This document shows, one piece after another, positions 17,500 through 27,087 of a stretch of DNA of 64,000 nt; within the stretch, counting starts at the first letter, position 1; every line of letters begins with the position of its first letter. The notes under the pieces are model-generated. The model made no database searches. It saw only the letters and a program-made list of their open reading frames with translations, and was not told the DNA's origin. The DNA lies in NCBI GenBank assembly GCA_035524335.1, contig DATKPE010000003.1, forward strand, positions 2,902 through 66,901, given 5' to 3'. Made by a program: the position numbers and the translations under genes. This DNA comes from Bacteroidota bacterium (GTDB lineage Bacteria > Bacteroidota > Ignavibacteria > UBA10030 > SZUA-254).

Positions 17500-19323
17500 T
17501 TACATCTCCCGCCGTACCCCCGATGATGAACCGGGGTTGAGCCGTTCGAGTTCGGCAAGGGCGGCTTCGTAGACGCCGAACGCGTTTTCGATCGGTTCGG
17601 GCGTCGAAAGGTCGACGCCGGCGCGCTTTAGAAGCGCGAGCGGAAAATCGCTTCCCCCGCTTTTGAGCATTGCCAGATACCGATCGGCGGCGTCCGGCGG
17701 GCCGGTCAGAACCATCTGCGACAGCGCCTGCGCCGAACAGAATCCTGTCGCGTACTTATAGACGTAATAACTGTTGTAGAAATGCGGTATCCGCATCCAT
17801 CCTATTTCGATCTCCCTGTCGAGGACGGCGGCGTCTCCGTAATAATCGCGGTGCAGACCGAAGTAGATTTCGTTGAGCGTCGCGAGAGTCAGCGGTTCGC
17901 CCTGTTCGGCCCGTGTGTGGACGACCATTTCGAACTCGGCGAAGAGCGTCTGGACAATGACGGTCCCGCGGAATCCCTCCAGAAAGTGGGCAAGGAGATA
18001 GATCCGGCGTTCCCGGTCTGTCGTCGTCCCGAGCAGATGGCTGAGGAGGAGCGCTTCATTGAATGTCGAGGCGATTTCTGCGATCGCGATGGAATAGCCT
18101 GCATACTGATACGGCTGTGCCGCGTTGGAATAGTGAGTGTGAACGGCATGTCCCATTTCGTGGGCGAGTGTGAACACCCCATTGAGCGTCGGTTCGTAGT
18201 TCAGGAGCATATACGGATGGCAGTCGTACACACCCCAGCTGTAGGCGCCGCTGTGTTTTCCCCGGCTTTCGTACACATCGATCCACCGCTCCGTGAGCGC
18301 GCGTTCGACGATCCGGCCGTACTCCGCTCCGAGAGGTTTCAGCGCTGACCGGACGAGCGCCGCCGCTTCCTCGTAGGAAGGATGCCACTGAAGTTCGGGC
18401 ACAAGCGGCACGGCGAAATCGTAGGGGTGGAGCTCAGAAAGCTGAAGAACCCGGGACCGGAGCCGGAGGTAACGCCGGAAGAGCGGGAGGAATTTCCGGA
18501 CCGTGCCGATGAGATTGGTATAGACCCGTTCACCGATATCGTCGTCGAAGAGTCCCATGGCGAGTGACGACCGGTACCCGTAGATCTTCCGGTAGAAGAT
18601 ATCCTTCTGGACATTCGCGTTGAAGAGGCTCGCGATGGTATTCTGCTGACGGCGGTAGGAGGAATAATGCGCCGCGAAGGCGTCGGCTCTGACCCGCCGG
18701 TCGGTCGATTCGAGAAATTTGCTGTAGCGGGCATGGGTCAATTCGACTTCAGTCATTGTCTCATCACGGATGGACGGGAATTTCATGTCGGCGTCGTTGA
18801 CCATGGAATAGACATTCGACGGAATCTGGGTAAGTATTCCGGCCTGCGCCATGATGGCCTCCTGCTCTTTCGGCAGGGTATGCGGTTTGCGGCGGAGGAT
18901 TTTCTCCATGCTGAAACGGTACCCGTTCAACTCCGGAGCCCCCGACCAGGCAGTGAGTTGTTCGACAGGATTGGAGAGGATCTCGGGCTCGATGAACGAC
19001 CCCGCCTCCCTGACCTGAATCAGAAGATGGTCGACACGGTTCACAGGCCCCTGACGATCGGAATCGGCGGTATCCTCATGGTGCCGCAGGTAGGCAAAAA
19101 AATAGAGTTTCTCGGCATCCCGGGAGACCGCGTCGAGAGCTTTAAAACAGGCCGCAATGGCCGCGGGCGAGGATAGCGTTCCTTCGAATTTCCGGATCCC
19201 GGGCAGGGATGCGGTAACACGGGCAAAGGCGGTTTCCCACTCTTCCAGGGAACCGTACAAATCGGCCAGGTTCCAGCAGTATTGAGGATCGATCGCAGAG
19301 CGATTCCGGAGCTCTTTCATCAT
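17500..19323 (-). CDS. pepF: Oligoendopeptidase F (M3B metallopeptidase)
   Basis: 607 aa. The HEMGHAVH zinc motif sits in M3B-like context (TLAHEMGHAVHTHYS). Length and N-terminus are typical of PepF. Confidence 0.9.
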   Translation of the reverse strand: MMKELRNRSAIDPQYCWNLADLYGSLEEWETAFARVTASLPGIRKFEGTLSSPAAIAACFKALDAVSRDAEKLYFFAYLRHHEDTADSDRQGPVNRVDHLLIQVREAGSFIEPEILSNPVEQLTAWSGAPELNGYRFSMEKILRRKPHTLPKEQEAIMAQAGILTQIPSNVYSMVNDADMKFPSIRDETMTEVELTHARYSKFLESTDRRVRADAFAAHYSSYRRQQNTIASLFNANVQKDIFYRKIYGYRSSLAMGLFDDDIGERVYTNLIGTVRKFLPLFRRYLRLRSRVLQLSELHPYDFAVPLVPELQWHPSYEEAAALVRSALKPLGAEYGRIVERALTERWIDVYESRGKHSGAYSWGVYDCHPYMLLNYEPTLNGVFTLAHEMGHAVHTHYSNAAQPYQYAGYSIAIAEIASTFNEALLLSHLLGTTTDRERRIYLLAHFLEGFRGTVIVQTLFAEFEMVVHTRAEQGEPLTLATLNEIYFGLHRDYYGDAAVLDREIEIGWMRIPHFYNSYYVYKYATGFCSAQALSQMVLTGPPDAADRYLAMLKSGGSDFPLALLKRAGVDLSTPEPIENAFGVYEAALAELERLNPGSSSGVRREM

Positions 19324-19520
19324 TCACTTTCTTGTGTGGCACGCAATATATCAATTATTTCCCAAATTCCTGAATACTCTGCCGGCGAGCTCCAGCGGGG
19401 GCGGTCATCGCACAACCGGGATCGTGAAGCGGCAGAATCAAACGGTGAGATCGGGAATCTGCAATTTGTATTTTCAATCCTTTTCCATAAATTTCACGAC
19501 ACTTCAACATCCAGGAGACT

Positions 19521-21404
19521 ATGAATACAGGAAAATACCGTCGGTTGCTGACTTTTTCCCTGCTTCTCTGCCTCATCGGCGCCGCAACCGTCCGGAGCGA
19601 GCGTCCGGGAACAGCACACCCTGTGATTCTCTGCCTTTCGGCGCATCCGGACGATGAAGACGGGGTCGCGCTCGTGTACTGCGGTCATCTGCTCCATGCG
19701 ACAACCTACAGCGTCTTTTTCACCCGCGGCGAGGGGGGGCAGAATGAAACGGGATCGGAACTCGATGCGGATCTCGGCGAGATCAGGACAAGGGAAACGC
19801 TCGGCGCCTCCGCCATCCTTGGATCAAAAATATTTTTTCTCGGATTTCCGGATTTCGGATTCTCGAAAACAGCGCGGGAGACCTTTTCCCGCTGGGGCGG
19901 CCATGATACCGTTCTCGCACGGCTTGTGCGGATCATCAGAGCCCTTCAGCCGGATGTGATCATCACCAATCACGATACGATAACGAGTCCGCCACAGCGT
20001 CAGCATGGCAATCACCAGGCGGTCGGGATTACGGCCTACGAGGCATTTTCACTCGCCGCCGACCCGACATTCCACCCCGAACAGCTCCGGGAGCCCGGCA
20101 TCGTGCCCTGGCAGACGAAAAAGCTTTTCTTCCGCGCCCGCGACACCTCCCATGCGTTGCAGACCGTTTCACTCGACGGCAGTATCAAGGACACCTCGGG
20201 AGAATCGTTCGTTGCAATCGCATTCCGGGCGCTCGCCCAGCATCGCTCCCAGGGGATGGACAGAATCAACCGCGATTCAATTCCCCAGCGCTTTCTCCGG
20301 CACGATTACCTTCTCATCCGGAGTGACAGAAACTATCCGTTCGACAAGCACGACCTTTTTTCGGGTATCACGCCGGCGGAGCGGGATCCGATTACGATTC
20401 CGACAGCGGCCGACATCCCGCCGCCGCCGCTCGAAATCCGGAGTGAGAATCCGGTCTATCCGATAGACCTCCCCAGACTCGAACATGAATCCTCCGACGA
20501 CAGGGTGATCTATATCCGTCTCCGGAACAACACGTCGTCGAAACTGGCCGGATCGCTCCTGCTCACGAACGGCACCGACACGCTCGGTTCACAGCGTCTC
20601 GTCATGAAGCCGGGTGATGCCGCCAAACAGTTCAGCGTCCCTCTTCCGGTCCCGAACTCGGACCGGCCGCTGACACTCTCGCTGGCGGCAGATGTCGCGG
20701 ACAAGGAAAATCACAGGTATTTCGCCTCCTGTCCCGTCACCGTCGAACGGGTGCGTCTCACGGTACCGCCCCATCTCAATGTCGGCCTGGTCAAATCGTA
20801 CGACAGGACGACCGAGGATGTTCTCACCTGGCTGCAGATTCCGTACACACTGCTCGATTCGGCCTCTCTCGCCTCGGCCGATCTCGGATCGTTCAGCACC
20901 ATCATCCTGGATCTCCGGGCATATGCCTACCGCACCGACGCGGTGCAGTACAACGACCGCCTGCTCAAATATGCGGTTGACGGCGGCAACCTGATCTGCT
21001 TCTATCACAAGCCGGGGGACTGGAACGGAAAGAACCTCGCACCGTACCGTATCACACTTACGGGTGAACGGGTGACCGAGGAGGATGCTCCGGTCAAAAA
21101 GCTTCTGCCCGATAATTCCCTATTCAAGAGGCCGAACGCCATCGACGATGGGGCATGGGATGGGTGGGTGCAGGAGCGGAACATTTACCTCCCGTCGAAC
21201 GACACGTCCCTGACCTCGGTAAACTACCTCCGGCTGCTTGCGACGAGCGATGAGGGAGAGAATCAGCCCCCCACCTCCCTGCTGACCTGCCGGTACGGCG
21301 CCGGGAGATACACCTACACTTCGCTTGCGCTCTACCGTCAGCTGAAGAATGGAAACGAGGGGGCGCTCCGGCTGTTCTGCAATCTGCTCGCGCGGAATGA
21401 ATGA
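19521..21404 (+). CDS. PIG-L/LmbE-family N-acetylglucosaminyl deacetylase with C-terminal GATase1-like domain, secreted
   Basis: Signal peptide. The LSAHPDDEDG metal-binding motif of the LmbE family is present. A long C-terminal extension includes STIILDLRAYAYRTDAVQYNDRLLKYAVDGGNLICFYHK. Confidence 0.8.
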   Translation: MNTGKYRRLLTFSLLLCLIGAATVRSERPGTAHPVILCLSAHPDDEDGVALVYCGHLLHATTYSVFFTRGEGGQNETGSELDADLGEIRTRETLGASAILGSKIFFLGFPDFGFSKTARETFSRWGGHDTVLARLVRIIRALQPDVIITNHDTITSPPQRQHGNHQAVGITAYEAFSLAADPTFHPEQLREPGIVPWQTKKLFFRARDTSHALQTVSLDGSIKDTSGESFVAIAFRALAQHRSQGMDRINRDSIPQRFLRHDYLLIRSDRNYPFDKHDLFSGITPAERDPITIPTAADIPPPPLEIRSENPVYPIDLPRLEHESSDDRVIYIRLRNNTSSKLAGSLLLTNGTDTLGSQRLVMKPGDAAKQFSVPLPVPNSDRPLTLSLAADVADKENHRYFASCPVTVERVRLTVPPHLNVGLVKSYDRTTEDVLTWLQIPYTLLDSASLASADLGSFSTIILDLRAYAYRTDAVQYNDRLLKYAVDGGNLICFYHKPGDWNGKNLAPYRITLTGERVTEEDAPVKKLLPDNSLFKRPNAIDDGAWDGWVQERNIYLPSNDTSLTSVNYLRLLATSDEGENQPPTSLLTCRYGAGRYTYTSLALYRQLKNGNEGALRLFCNLLARNE

Positions 21405-22872
21405 CCCGGCGCGGAACGGGGGCCCCGACGGCGGACTGATCCGGGGCATCGGGCTGGGAAGTGCGGTCGGCCTGAACATGATCGATATGATCGGGGTCGG
21501 CCCGTTCATCACCATCCCTCTGATCGTATCGGCAATGGGAGGTCCGCAGGCGCTGGCGGGCTGGATTGCAGGCGCACTGCTGGCGATGTGCGACGGGCTC
21601 GTATGGGCGGAGCTTGCCGCTGCCATTCCCGGAACCGGCGGTTCCTACAGGTACCTCAGGGAAATATACAACCCGGAAACCGCGGGGAGGCTTTTTGCGT
21701 TTCTCTTCCTCTGGCAGTTGAGTTTCAGCGCGCCTCTCTCGATCGCCTCGGGATGTGTCGGGCTGGCCCAGTATGCCTCCTACCTCTGGCCCGCGCTCGC
21801 TCCGCCGCTTTTCCGCATCCCCCTCGGAATCCCCCTCCAGCTTCTCGGCGGTCTGCAGGGGACGCTCGAGATCAGCGGCGCCACCTTCATCGCGATGTCT
21901 GCCTGCGCCGCCGCGGTCTTCCTTCTCTATCGCAGAATAACCGTCGTCACCCGTGTGACAAATTTTCTCTGGATAGGGGTCTGCCTCACCATCCTCTGGA
22001 TCATCGCCACGGGGGTCGCGCATTTCGACCGCCATCTTGCATTTTCCTTTCCGGACGGAGCGTTCAGCCTTTCCTCAGGATTCCTGACGGGACTCGGTGC
22101 GGGGATGCTCGTGGCCGTGTACGACTACTGGGGATACTACAACATCTGTTTCCTTGCGGGTGAGGTTCGCCGGCCCGAACGGACCATTCCCCGGGCGATC
22201 CTCATCTCCATCGCTCTGGTCTCTGTTCTTTACCTCACGATGAATCTCTCGATCCTCGGGTCGCTCCCCTGGCAGCAGATCATCGCATCGACCCATTCCG
22301 AGAGCTACCGTTATCTCATTGCGGTCTTCATGGAACGCTTCTACGGCGGGACGGGGGCGTCGATCGCGACGGTCCTCATCATGTGGACGGCTTTCGCATC
22401 GGTCTGTTCCCTCCTTCTCGGATACTCCCGGATCCCGTATGCGGCGGCCCGCGAGGGGGATTATTTCAGGCTGTTCTCCGCCGTGCACCCGAAGGACCAG
22501 TTCCCGACCGTGTCCCTTCTGATGCTCGGCGGGGTCGCCGTTCTCTTCTGCTTTTTCCGTCTGGCCGACCTTATCGCGGCGCTCGTCGTCATCCGGATTG
22601 TCATCCAGTTCATCACCCAGACGATCGGTCTGGTTGTCTACCGGTTCCGCCGTCCGGCGGCTGAACGACCGTTCAGGGTCTGGCTCTATCCCCTTCCGGT
22701 TCTCCTGACGCTGGCGGGCTTCAGCTATATTCTCTTCATGAGGAAAAATTTTCTGCAGGAATTCCGGTATGCTGTCGTTCTCATCATCGCCGGGAGCGTG
22801 ATTTTTCTCATCCGTTCGAAACGCACCGGTCTCTGGCCGTTCCGCCCCTCCGGCGCTCCATCCGGAAAGTAG
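21397..22872 (+). CDS. APC-superfamily amino-acid permease
   Basis: Track ORF trimmed to ATG 21397 (MNDPARNGG), overlapping the LmbE stop by 8 nt. About 12 TM helices. The N-terminal GSAVGLNMIDMIGVGPFITIPL stretch is typical of APC carriers. Confidence 0.8.
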   Translation: MNDPARNGGPDGGLIRGIGLGSAVGLNMIDMIGVGPFITIPLIVSAMGGPQALAGWIAGALLAMCDGLVWAELAAAIPGTGGSYRYLREIYNPETAGRLFAFLFLWQLSFSAPLSIASGCVGLAQYASYLWPALAPPLFRIPLGIPLQLLGGLQGTLEISGATFIAMSACAAAVFLLYRRITVVTRVTNFLWIGVCLTILWIIATGVAHFDRHLAFSFPDGAFSLSSGFLTGLGAGMLVAVYDYWGYYNICFLAGEVRRPERTIPRAILISIALVSVLYLTMNLSILGSLPWQQIIASTHSESYRYLIAVFMERFYGGTGASIATVLIMWTAFASVCSLLLGYSRIPYAAAREGDYFRLFSAVHPKDQFPTVSLLMLGGVAVLFCFFRLADLIAALVVIRIVIQFITQTIGLVVYRFRRPAAERPFRVWLYPLPVLLTLAGFSYILFMRKNFLQEFRYAVVLIIAGSVIFLIRSKRTGLWPFRPSGAPSGK

Positions 22873-22876
22873 TCCT

Positions 22877-23875
22877 TCACTTCACCAGGTACTCGGCATC
22901 AACGACGGAAGCCCGGCCGTCGCGCCAGAGGGAGTACTGAAGGCCCTTCCGGTAGCTGAGTGCGCCGATTTCCCCCCGCTTGTTCAGCGCAATGAAACCG
23001 GCGAGAAAATTATCGACATCCTTGTATTTCGGCTGTCGGGAGATGATGCGGTCGATGGCCATCTTGCAGGCATCCTGGGGGGGAACGCCGTTCCTCATCG
23101 CTTCCACAATGAGAAAACTGCCGGCGACCTTGATCACCGCCTCGCCGAGTCCGGTTGACGTGGCTCCGCCGATGTCGCTGTCGACGTAGAGACCCGCCCC
23201 GATCACCGGAGAATCGCCCACGCGGCCGTGCATCTTCCAGGCCGCCCCGCTGGTGGAACAGCCCCCGGCCATGTTGCCCTTCCTGTCCATCAGGATCATC
23301 CCGATCGTGTCATGATTTGTCCGGTCGATCGGCGGCTGGTAACCGCTCTGTTTGAGCCAATCCGCGTACGCTTTTTTTGCGGTGTCGGTCAGCAGATCCT
23401 CCCGGGGAAAACCTTCGGCCTGCGCGAACTGCAGAGCGCCGTCGCCGGCGAGGATGACATGGGGCGTCTTCTCGAGAACCCGGCGTGCAACGGCGAGAGG
23501 ATGCATGATATGCTCGAGAAACATCACCGATCCTGCATTGCCATGCTCGTCCATCACGCACGCGTCGAGCGTCAGATGGCCGTCCCGGTCCGGGAACCCG
23601 CCCCGGCCGACGCTCGTGATTTTCGGGTCGGCTTCGACAAGAGCGATGCCCCGTTCGAGGGCATCCAGCAGGCTTCCTCCCTCCTCCAGCGTCCGGACGG
23701 CAGTCTGATTCACCGGCTGATTGAAGTTCCAGGTGTGAAGCGCAATGGGTCCCGTTCCGGAAGCCGGCGGAGGGGGAGAACCCGTTCCTCCGAAAGCCAT
23801 CAGCCGTTCCGCCGGAACCATCGCCGCCACCGCTCCGGCGGCGGTCACCTTTCGCAGAAATTCCTGTCGTTTCAT
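22877..23875 (-). CDS. Glycosylasparaginase / N4-(beta-N-acetylglucosaminyl)-L-asparaginase (Ntn-hydrolase, asparaginase_2 family)
   Basis: Track ORF trimmed to ATG 23875 (MKRQEFLRKVTAAGAVAAMV export signal). The autoproteolytic HDTIGMILMD motif is present, along with GAGLYVD and GLGEAVI blocks. Confidence 0.85.
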   Translation of the reverse strand: MKRQEFLRKVTAAGAVAAMVPAERLMAFGGTGSPPPPASGTGPIALHTWNFNQPVNQTAVRTLEEGGSLLDALERGIALVEADPKITSVGRGGFPDRDGHLTLDACVMDEHGNAGSVMFLEHIMHPLAVARRVLEKTPHVILAGDGALQFAQAEGFPREDLLTDTAKKAYADWLKQSGYQPPIDRTNHDTIGMILMDRKGNMAGGCSTSGAAWKMHGRVGDSPVIGAGLYVDSDIGGATSTGLGEAVIKVAGSFLIVEAMRNGVPPQDACKMAIDRIISRQPKYKDVDNFLAGFIALNKRGEIGALSYRKGLQYSLWRDGRASVVDAEYLVK

Positions 23876-23888
23876 GTCGGCCTTTCTC

Positions 23889-26800
23889 CTAATTGAGCTT
23901 TGCAATCAATGCGCCGGTGACCCGGTCGATCAGCAGGAGCAGAGTCCTTCCGCCCTGAACCGTCACTCCGGCGGCGGTACCGGTTGCGAGATGACGGACC
24001 GAAAGGTCCACCGGGGCATCGGTCTCAGAAATCAACGCACAGAATATCGCCCGGCCGCACGTGACGGGTACGGCGGCGACGAGCGGCGTATCGGGTTCGA
24101 TCGAAACAAAGCGTGTGACGTGTGCGGCGCGAAGAACCCCGTCGTATATGGTTTCTGTCACGCCGGATGAGTCCGACAGCTCCACCGGCACCGGCGACCA
24201 GATCATCACCCCTTTTCCGTAGCGGAGTTCGTGTACCGCGGCTGTTCCGGTCCCGCTGACGACCGCTTTTTCAACTCTCTGTATCTTGTCGCCGCGGAAG
24301 TCGAGAATATGCCTTTTTCCCTCAAAGACAATCTCCTCTTCCTGCGCTACAGGCGCGACCCGAGCCGTCAGGTTGAATTTCCCGAGACGCGGGACATCCA
24401 TCCAGTGATCGTCCGTCTCGACCGGGCCGGAAATAAAAACGGTCGCCCCATTGTCCACAGCAGTCAGGAGCGACGACCATGCCCGTTCGCTGATGAGCCG
24501 GGCGGCGGGATAGAAGACCGCTTTCACCGTCGGAGCGATGGAGATTTCCCCGCTGTCCATCGCGCTCGCAACGACGACGTGCGATCGGCCGGTGAGAGTC
24601 CTGACGGCCCGCTTTGTGGCGTCCGCCGTATTGCTTCGCTGGGAATATAGACCCGCCTCCGGGATCAGAAGAAGGACCTCGGGGGCGGCAGGTTCTGAAA
24701 AATAGTCCGCGAATTTACGGAAAAACCCGGCAGAGCGCCGGAGAGGGAGAAGCTCCGGCTTCGCGGTTCCGTCCGGACGAAAGATACCGATCGCGGCCTC
24801 ATTATCAGAATTCATGTAGGGATTTGCATTCCACAGCCATTCGATGAACCCTGCGCCTCCCGCGGCGAGCGCAACGGCAAGCTTTCGCTCCAGAAGCCGG
24901 CTCGCATCCTCTTCGCTCCTCCATGGGGCACGGGTGTTCGTCTCATAATACATAACCCCCGTTTCCTCGACAAGATTCGCCTTTCCTGCCTTATGCGTGA
25001 CGATGCTGTCCCATGCTAGGTCGTCGTTGAGCCACCAATTGTGGACGGAGGTAAAGTCGACGGAACCGCCGAACTTCTGATTATTGGGGCTCTCGCCCGT
25101 TCCCCCCTCATCCTGTCCGATCGTCACGAGCTGGTCCGGGTTTCCCTCATTCCGGATCGTTTCCCGCATCACCGAGACCCAATTCAGAAACATCACTTCC
25201 GCAAACCGCCTGTATTCCATCGCCTTGATCGGATGCCGGTCGGTGTAAATCGCAACTTCTTCAAAATCGCCGGGTGTCGGAAGATCGCCGGCGCTTCCGG
25301 AATGTTCCCGGAACCATTCATCCGGCCCGGGCCGGTTCTCTGCGGCCGCACCACGCGATATTTCGGCGATATATTCCGACCATGCGGCCCGTTCAAAGCG
25401 GTCATAGTTCGGGCGTGTTTCCCACAAATGTGCCGGATTGCAGAAGGAGGGTTCGTTGATAATGTCCCAGATCAGCGGTTTGACGCGGCGATACCGTGAG
25501 ACAATGGCGGCAACGAACTGTTTCTGAGCGGCGACCGAACGTGGGTCGAGGTAGGGATTTTCCCCGCCCCATGCCTCGGGAAGGAATGCGAACAGTGTGA
25601 AAATGACTGGAATTTCGTGCGCGAGCGCGGTGAGAATAAACGCATCGATCGCTCTCAAAACCTGTTCAGACACCACACCGCTATCAAACATGATGTTTCG
25701 CCACCCCGTCCAGATGCCGGTCCGGATCATGTTGATGCCGGCGCTTTTCATTTCCGCAAAATCTCTATCCCAGAGCGCAGGATTCGGCTCGAACAGAAAT
25801 TTCCGCTGGACATCGGATGCCATGTAGGTCGTTCCGGTGACGGGGAACAGTTTACCATTCCTGTACAGATAATTTTCATCCGCGGAGATTCTGTCGCCGC
25901 CGGAAAGAACCCGGTCATCGTACACCCAGAAACCATTTGAGGCTCGCCGCTCGCATTGTCCGCCTGATGGGGATGAACAGGCGAGTACTCCCTCCAGACG
26001 ATAGAGACCGGTGTTGAGCTGTTCCCCGGGATGAGGAAAATCGAATCCGATGACGATCGGATCCGGTTGCCGGGGAACGCTGACGCTCACGGAGGATATC
26101 CTGCGGCCGCTCCGGTCCTTCAGGACGGCATCAAACCGCTCGGGCTGTATCCTCTCTCCCGGACCGCCGTGACACAGGATGTGTGCGGTAAACGAGGGTC
26201 TTTCCCCCTGATGATATGCCGCAAAGGAAGGAATGATGCGGAATTCGACCGGATGAAGCGCCGAGAAGCGCACAAGTCTGCGGATCGCCGAGGCATTCAG
26301 CGTGCCTGTCAGGGTGGCAAATGTCCATGTTCCCCCTGCGCAGTCGCCGAGCAGACGTTCAATGACAACGAAGGGCGCCGCAATCCGCACTCCCTCGTGA
26401 TCGATCGCGCAGGAGAGGGAGCGGATCCGCGCATCTCTCGGTCCGGAACTGCCGTCCTCCGCCGGAAAGTCTTTTGACGACGTGAAACGGCAGTACAGTT
26501 CATCGATCCGCACTGCCGTAAACTCATCGTGTTCGGGGACCTCCGCCTCCACCTCGCTGTTCCGCACATACGTCGTGATGTCAGAAACATCGACCGGGAA
26601 GGACGCCGTTATGCCGAATCTCTGATAATATCCCGCCTGTCCCGCTTCCCTTCTCCAGCCGTTTCCACTGCGGGCCACCGGAGACGCAAGCGGCGTTCCG
26701 CCGAGGTTCAGCCAGTTACCGCCGGCGACGAGGTATGTCTCCAGCGCGGAATAGATCTCCGCCGGAAATGCGGATCCATACGGATTGACGAACAGATCGA

Positions 26801-27071
26801 AACTGCCCGATGTGAGCGCGCGGGCCACTTCCCCGACGGTGAGAAAAACGGCATCGACATCACGAAGTCCTTCCGTCAGCACCTCCCGTGAAAGGGGGAT
26901 TTCAACACGATCCCCGGGGAACGAAGGATCGAACAGGACCGCGGTCTTCAGCCGTCCCGATCCGGTTCGCGGTTCAGTTCCGCGGCCTTGTGAAAATGGA
27001 GAGGGAAGGATGAATCCGGCCGCCGTGACCTTCCCGAGCGAGGTGAGAAATTTTCTCCGATCATATCCCAT
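23889..27071 (-). CDS. 1060-aa Tat-exported clan GH-A glycoside hydrolase (GH5/GH42-like TIM barrel flanked by GATase1-like domains)
   Basis: Twin-arginine signal MGYDRRKFLTSLGKVTAAGF. The acid/base region reads LIWDIINEPSF and the nucleophile region ANLVEETGVMY. The N- and C-terminal flanks (about 380 and 330 aa) have no assignable catalytic motifs. Confidence 0.6.
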   Translation of the reverse strand: MGYDRRKFLTSLGKVTAAGFILPSPFSQGRGTEPRTGSGRLKTAVLFDPSFPGDRVEIPLSREVLTEGLRDVDAVFLTVGEVARALTSGSFDLFVNPYGSAFPAEIYSALETYLVAGGNWLNLGGTPLASPVARSGNGWRREAGQAGYYQRFGITASFPVDVSDITTYVRNSEVEAEVPEHDEFTAVRIDELYCRFTSSKDFPAEDGSSGPRDARIRSLSCAIDHEGVRIAAPFVVIERLLGDCAGGTWTFATLTGTLNASAIRRLVRFSALHPVEFRIIPSFAAYHQGERPSFTAHILCHGGPGERIQPERFDAVLKDRSGRRISSVSVSVPRQPDPIVIGFDFPHPGEQLNTGLYRLEGVLACSSPSGGQCERRASNGFWVYDDRVLSGGDRISADENYLYRNGKLFPVTGTTYMASDVQRKFLFEPNPALWDRDFAEMKSAGINMIRTGIWTGWRNIMFDSGVVSEQVLRAIDAFILTALAHEIPVIFTLFAFLPEAWGGENPYLDPRSVAAQKQFVAAIVSRYRRVKPLIWDIINEPSFCNPAHLWETRPNYDRFERAAWSEYIAEISRGAAAENRPGPDEWFREHSGSAGDLPTPGDFEEVAIYTDRHPIKAMEYRRFAEVMFLNWVSVMRETIRNEGNPDQLVTIGQDEGGTGESPNNQKFGGSVDFTSVHNWWLNDDLAWDSIVTHKAGKANLVEETGVMYYETNTRAPWRSEEDASRLLERKLAVALAAGGAGFIEWLWNANPYMNSDNEAAIGIFRPDGTAKPELLPLRRSAGFFRKFADYFSEPAAPEVLLLIPEAGLYSQRSNTADATKRAVRTLTGRSHVVVASAMDSGEISIAPTVKAVFYPAARLISERAWSSLLTAVDNGATVFISGPVETDDHWMDVPRLGKFNLTARVAPVAQEEEIVFEGKRHILDFRGDKIQRVEKAVVSGTGTAAVHELRYGKGVMIWSPVPVELSDSSGVTETIYDGVLRAAHVTRFVSIEPDTPLVAAVPVTCGRAIFCALISETDAPVDLSVRHLATGTAAGVTVQGGRTLLLLIDRVTGALIAKLN

Positions 27072-27087
27072 GGATGTGCCCGATCGT

